Of a stretch of 64,000 nt of DNA, positions 61,453 through 64,000 are shown piece by piece; the stretch's first letter is position 1; each line of letters starts with the position of its first letter. Under the pieces are notes generated by a model that was not told where the DNA came from, did no database searches, and was given only the letters and a program-made list of their open reading frames with translations. Origin of the DNA: an uncultured Bacilli bacterium (lineage in GTDB: Bacteria; Bacillota_I; Bacilli_A; RF39; UBA660); the NCBI GenBank assembly GCA_947627975.1, contig CANQYB010000003.1, positions 3,588 to 67,587 of the forward strand, written 5' to 3'. Position numbers and translations under genes: made by a program.

Positions 61453-64000
61453 TTAATGTAACTTAATTTTTTTATATTTAGTAAAATACTTTCTTAAAAT
61501 ATCAAAAGGAATTACAGAAAAAGCTAAAAATAATACTATCATAAATTCATAAAAATTTATACCATATGTTCTAAAAAGATTTCCCCCAAAATATATTAAA
61601 TATATTTGTATTAAAAAAATAATTGAAAATATGATTATGAATATTTTATTATCTTTAAGATGAGATAAAATATTAATTCTTTCAGTTCTTGCATTAAATG
61701 CATTAAAAATACCAATAAATATAAATAAAGCAAAATAAGCAGTTAAAAGATATTTAAAATTACTATCAGGGCGAATTAATTGTTTAAATATAGGTAATTT
61801 TAAAAATAATATACAAAGTAAAGATGAATATAAGCCAGTTATTAGTATCTCTTGATACATATATTTATTTATAATAGGTTCATTTTTTTTCTTTGGATTT
61901 TCATACATATATTCTTTTAAAGGTGGTTCATATGAAAATGCCACACCTGCAAAAGTATCCATAATCATATTAATCCATAACATTTGCATAATAGTAACTG
62001 GTGTATTTATTCCAATAAATGGCCCTAAAATAGACATAATTAAAGCACATAAATTTACAGTTAATTGAAATATGATAAATTTTCTGATACTTTTAAATAT
62101 TGTTCTACCAAATAATATAGCTTTACTTATAGATAAAAAATTATCATCTAATATTACAATATCGGATGCTTCTTTTGCTACTTCCGTTCCACTTCCCATT
62201 GCAAAACCAACATCACATTTTTTTAAAGCTGGTGCATCGTTCACACCATCCCCTGTCATTCCTACAACTAAGTTAAGTTCTTGAGCTATTTTTACAAGCC
62301 GAGATTTATCAGTAGGCAAAGCTCTTGAAATAACTTTTAATTTTGGAAAAATACTTTTTAATTGATTATCAGTTAATTTATTAAATTCATCACTATTTAA
62401 AACAATATCACCATCATTTAATAAATTTACTTCTTTAGCAACTGCTAGTGCCGTATCAGTGGCATCTCCAGTAATCATGATAGTTTGAATTCCTGCTTTT
62501 AAAACTAAATCTATTCCCATAATTGCTTCTTCTTTTATTTCATCTTTAATTAATATAAATCCTAAGAAAGTCATTTTTTTATTTTCTTCAATAGCCAATG
62601 ATATTACTCTTATTCCTTTTTTTGTATAAAGACTAATATTGTCTAAAATATTTTCTTTATTTTTTAGCAGTAACTTTTTACCATATTTATCATAGCAATA
62701 CTGGCAATTTGGTAATATTTTTTCTGTTGCACCTTTTATAAAAGTCAACTTAGAATTTTTAAATAATACAGTACAGCTAGAAAATTTATTTTTGGAATTA
62801 AAAGTTAAATTTTCTAATATTTTATATTTAATATTTGAATTACTTCCAGCAAATTTTAATATAGCTTGATCAGTAATATTACCTCCCACTATATTTCCAA
62901 AGTCATCAAAATCAGATTCATTATTGTAAGTTAAATTTAAAAAAACAAGATTATGCAGTTCGCTATATTTTTTTAAATCAGATAATTTCTTATATGACTC
63001 TAAAAATGGTGTAACATAACCAATTACTTCTAATTGACCTTTTGTAATGGTTCCTGTTTTATCTGAAAGTAATACATTTAAAGAACCAGCGGTTTCAATT
63101 CCTACCATTTTTCTTACTAAAACATTATTCTTTAACATTTTTTTAACATTTGATGATAAAACTAAAGTAATCATCATTGGCAATCCTTCGGGAACTGCTA
63201 CTACAATTACAGTTACACATAATGTTAAAGAATAAATAAAATAATTAAATATTAAAGGAAGATTAGTTATAGTATCTTTTATTTTTAGCAAATCAAAATT
63301 ATTTTTTATTATAATTTCTGAAAACAAATAAGAAAAAGTAACAAGAAAAGCACCAATATATCCTATTTTACTTATAATTTTAGCTAAATGTCTTAAACGT
63401 ATTTTTAATGGACTATCTGGAGAATCTTCTTGTAATTCATTAAAAACTTGGCCATATAACGTTTTATAACCGACTTTTTCCACTTTTAATAATGCTTGTC
63501 CATTAAAAATTACACTACCTCTAAAACATCGGGTATTTAAAGCTTTAGATATTTCTTTTGATTCCCCATTTAATGCAGATTCATCAACCAAAACTTCTCC
63601 TTTTATAATTACACCATCAGCTGGCACTTTATCTCCAGTAGATAATATAACTATATCATTTACTACTACTTCATCAATATTAATAATTTTTTTAATGCCA
63701 TTTCTTATAACTTTGCAGTTAATTTTTGATGATTCTTCTTGCATTTTTAAAAAAGCTTTTTCGGAACCATACTCTGAAATGCTTGATATTAACGATGCTA
63801 AAAATATTGCAATTAAAATTCCCAAAGTTTCATACCAATCAAAATTTTTAAAAAGAAAAATAACTTTAATTGATAAAGCTACCAACAAAATTTTAATAAT
63901 AGGATCACCTAATGATTCAATTAATAACTTAATAAAACTATTTTTTTTCTTGGAAATTAATGAATTAGAGCCATACTTTTTTTTTGATTCAATTACTTCT
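61453..64000 (-). CDS. P-type cation-transporting ATPase (Ca2+/P2-type); the 5' end lies beyond the window
   Basis: DKTGTIT phosphorylation motif, GDGVNDAPALKK hinge, TGD and TM helices. The reading frame stays open upstream of the track TTG start through to the window end. Confidence 0.85.
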   Translation of the reverse strand, partial: EVIESKKKYGSNSLISKKKNSFIKLLIESLGDPIIKILLVALSIKVIFLFKNFDWYETLGILIAIFLASLISSISEYGSEKAFLKMQEESSKINCKVIRNGIKKIINIDEVVVNDIVILSTGDKVPADGVIIKGEVLVDESALNGESKEISKALNTRCFRGSVIFNGQALLKVEKVGYKTLYGQVFNELQEDSPDSPLKIRLRHLAKIISKIGYIGAFLVTFSYLFSEIIIKNNFDLLKIKDTITNLPLIFNYFIYSLTLCVTVIVVAVPEGLPMMITLVLSSNVKKMLKNNVLVRKMVGIETAGSLNVLLSDKTGTITKGQLEVIGYVTPFLESYKKLSDLKKYSELHNLVFLNLTYNNESDFDDFGNIVGGNITDQAILKFAGSNSNIKYKILENLTFNSKNKFSSCTVLFKNSKLTFIKGATEKILPNCQYCYDKYGKKLLLKNKENILDNISLYTKKGIRVISLAIEENKKMTFLGFILIKDEIKEEAIMGIDLVLKAGIQTIMITGDATDTALAVAKEVNLLNDGDIVLNSDEFNKLTDNQLKSIFPKLKVISRALPTDKSRLVKIAQELNLVVGMTGDGVNDAPALKKCDVGFAMGSGTEVAKEASDIVILDDNFLSISKAILFGRTIFKSIRKFIIFQLTVNLCALIMSILGPFIGINTPVTIMQMLWINMIMDTFAGVAFSYEPPLKEYMYENPKKKNEPIINKYMYQEILITGLYSSLLCILFLKLPIFKQLIRPDSNFKYLLTAYFALFIFIGIFNAFNARTERINILSHLKDNKIFIIIFSIIFLIQIYLIYFGGNLFRTYGINFYEFMIVLFLAFSVIPFDILRKYFTKYKKIKLH

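Overview
This 64-kb window is extremely AT-rich (about 25% GC by eye). It uses the standard genetic code; TGA acts as a stop, so this is not a TGA-as-Trp Mollicute. Gene content and gene order are typical of a low-GC Firmicute (Clostridia/Bacilli-like): the rpsO-pnp pair, pcrA-ligA, mrnC-rlmB-sigH-secE-nusG-rplK-rplA-rplJ-rplL, and cdaA-cdaR. Peptidoglycan genes (murF, a PBP2-type transpeptidase, DacA- and VanY-type carboxypeptidases) and a SigH homolog are present. Most genes are housekeeping: fhs, pnp, gltX, dut, nfo, ligA, pcrA, galU, dxs and a ribosomal protein cluster. There are four tRNA genes: Asn-GTT, Glu-CTC, Gln-CTG and Arg-ACG.

The most unusual structure is a 3.6-kb insertion at about 32.1-35.7 kb. 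It splits the ATPase gene of an SBP-ATPase-permease operon (NitT/TauT-type ABC transporter) exactly in frame and is flanked by an 11-bp direct repeat. It carries a 377-aa serine recombinase and two convergent BclA-like collagen-repeat genes. The first 133 bp of the two collagen genes (ribosome-binding site plus the first 35 codons) form a perfect inverted repeat. A third, diverged paralog of the collagen protein lies at 41.1 kb, followed by a GT2-TPR glycosyltransferase gene that probably has a non-ATG start.

Other notable regions are: a lineage-specific membrane-protein island with a repeated promoter module (44.4-48.2 kb); a pair of large membrane proteins, one with Cys-rich repeats and a 114-bp in-frame tandem repeat array (57.3-61.4 kb); a tRNA-Gln / gltX / tRNA-Glu cluster; an NrdD-like ATP-cone protein that appears to lack the glycyl-radical C-terminus; a degenerate GGDEF sensor; and an L11 protein with an acidic C-terminal extension.

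No CRISPR array, no rRNA gene and no obvious prophage were seen.
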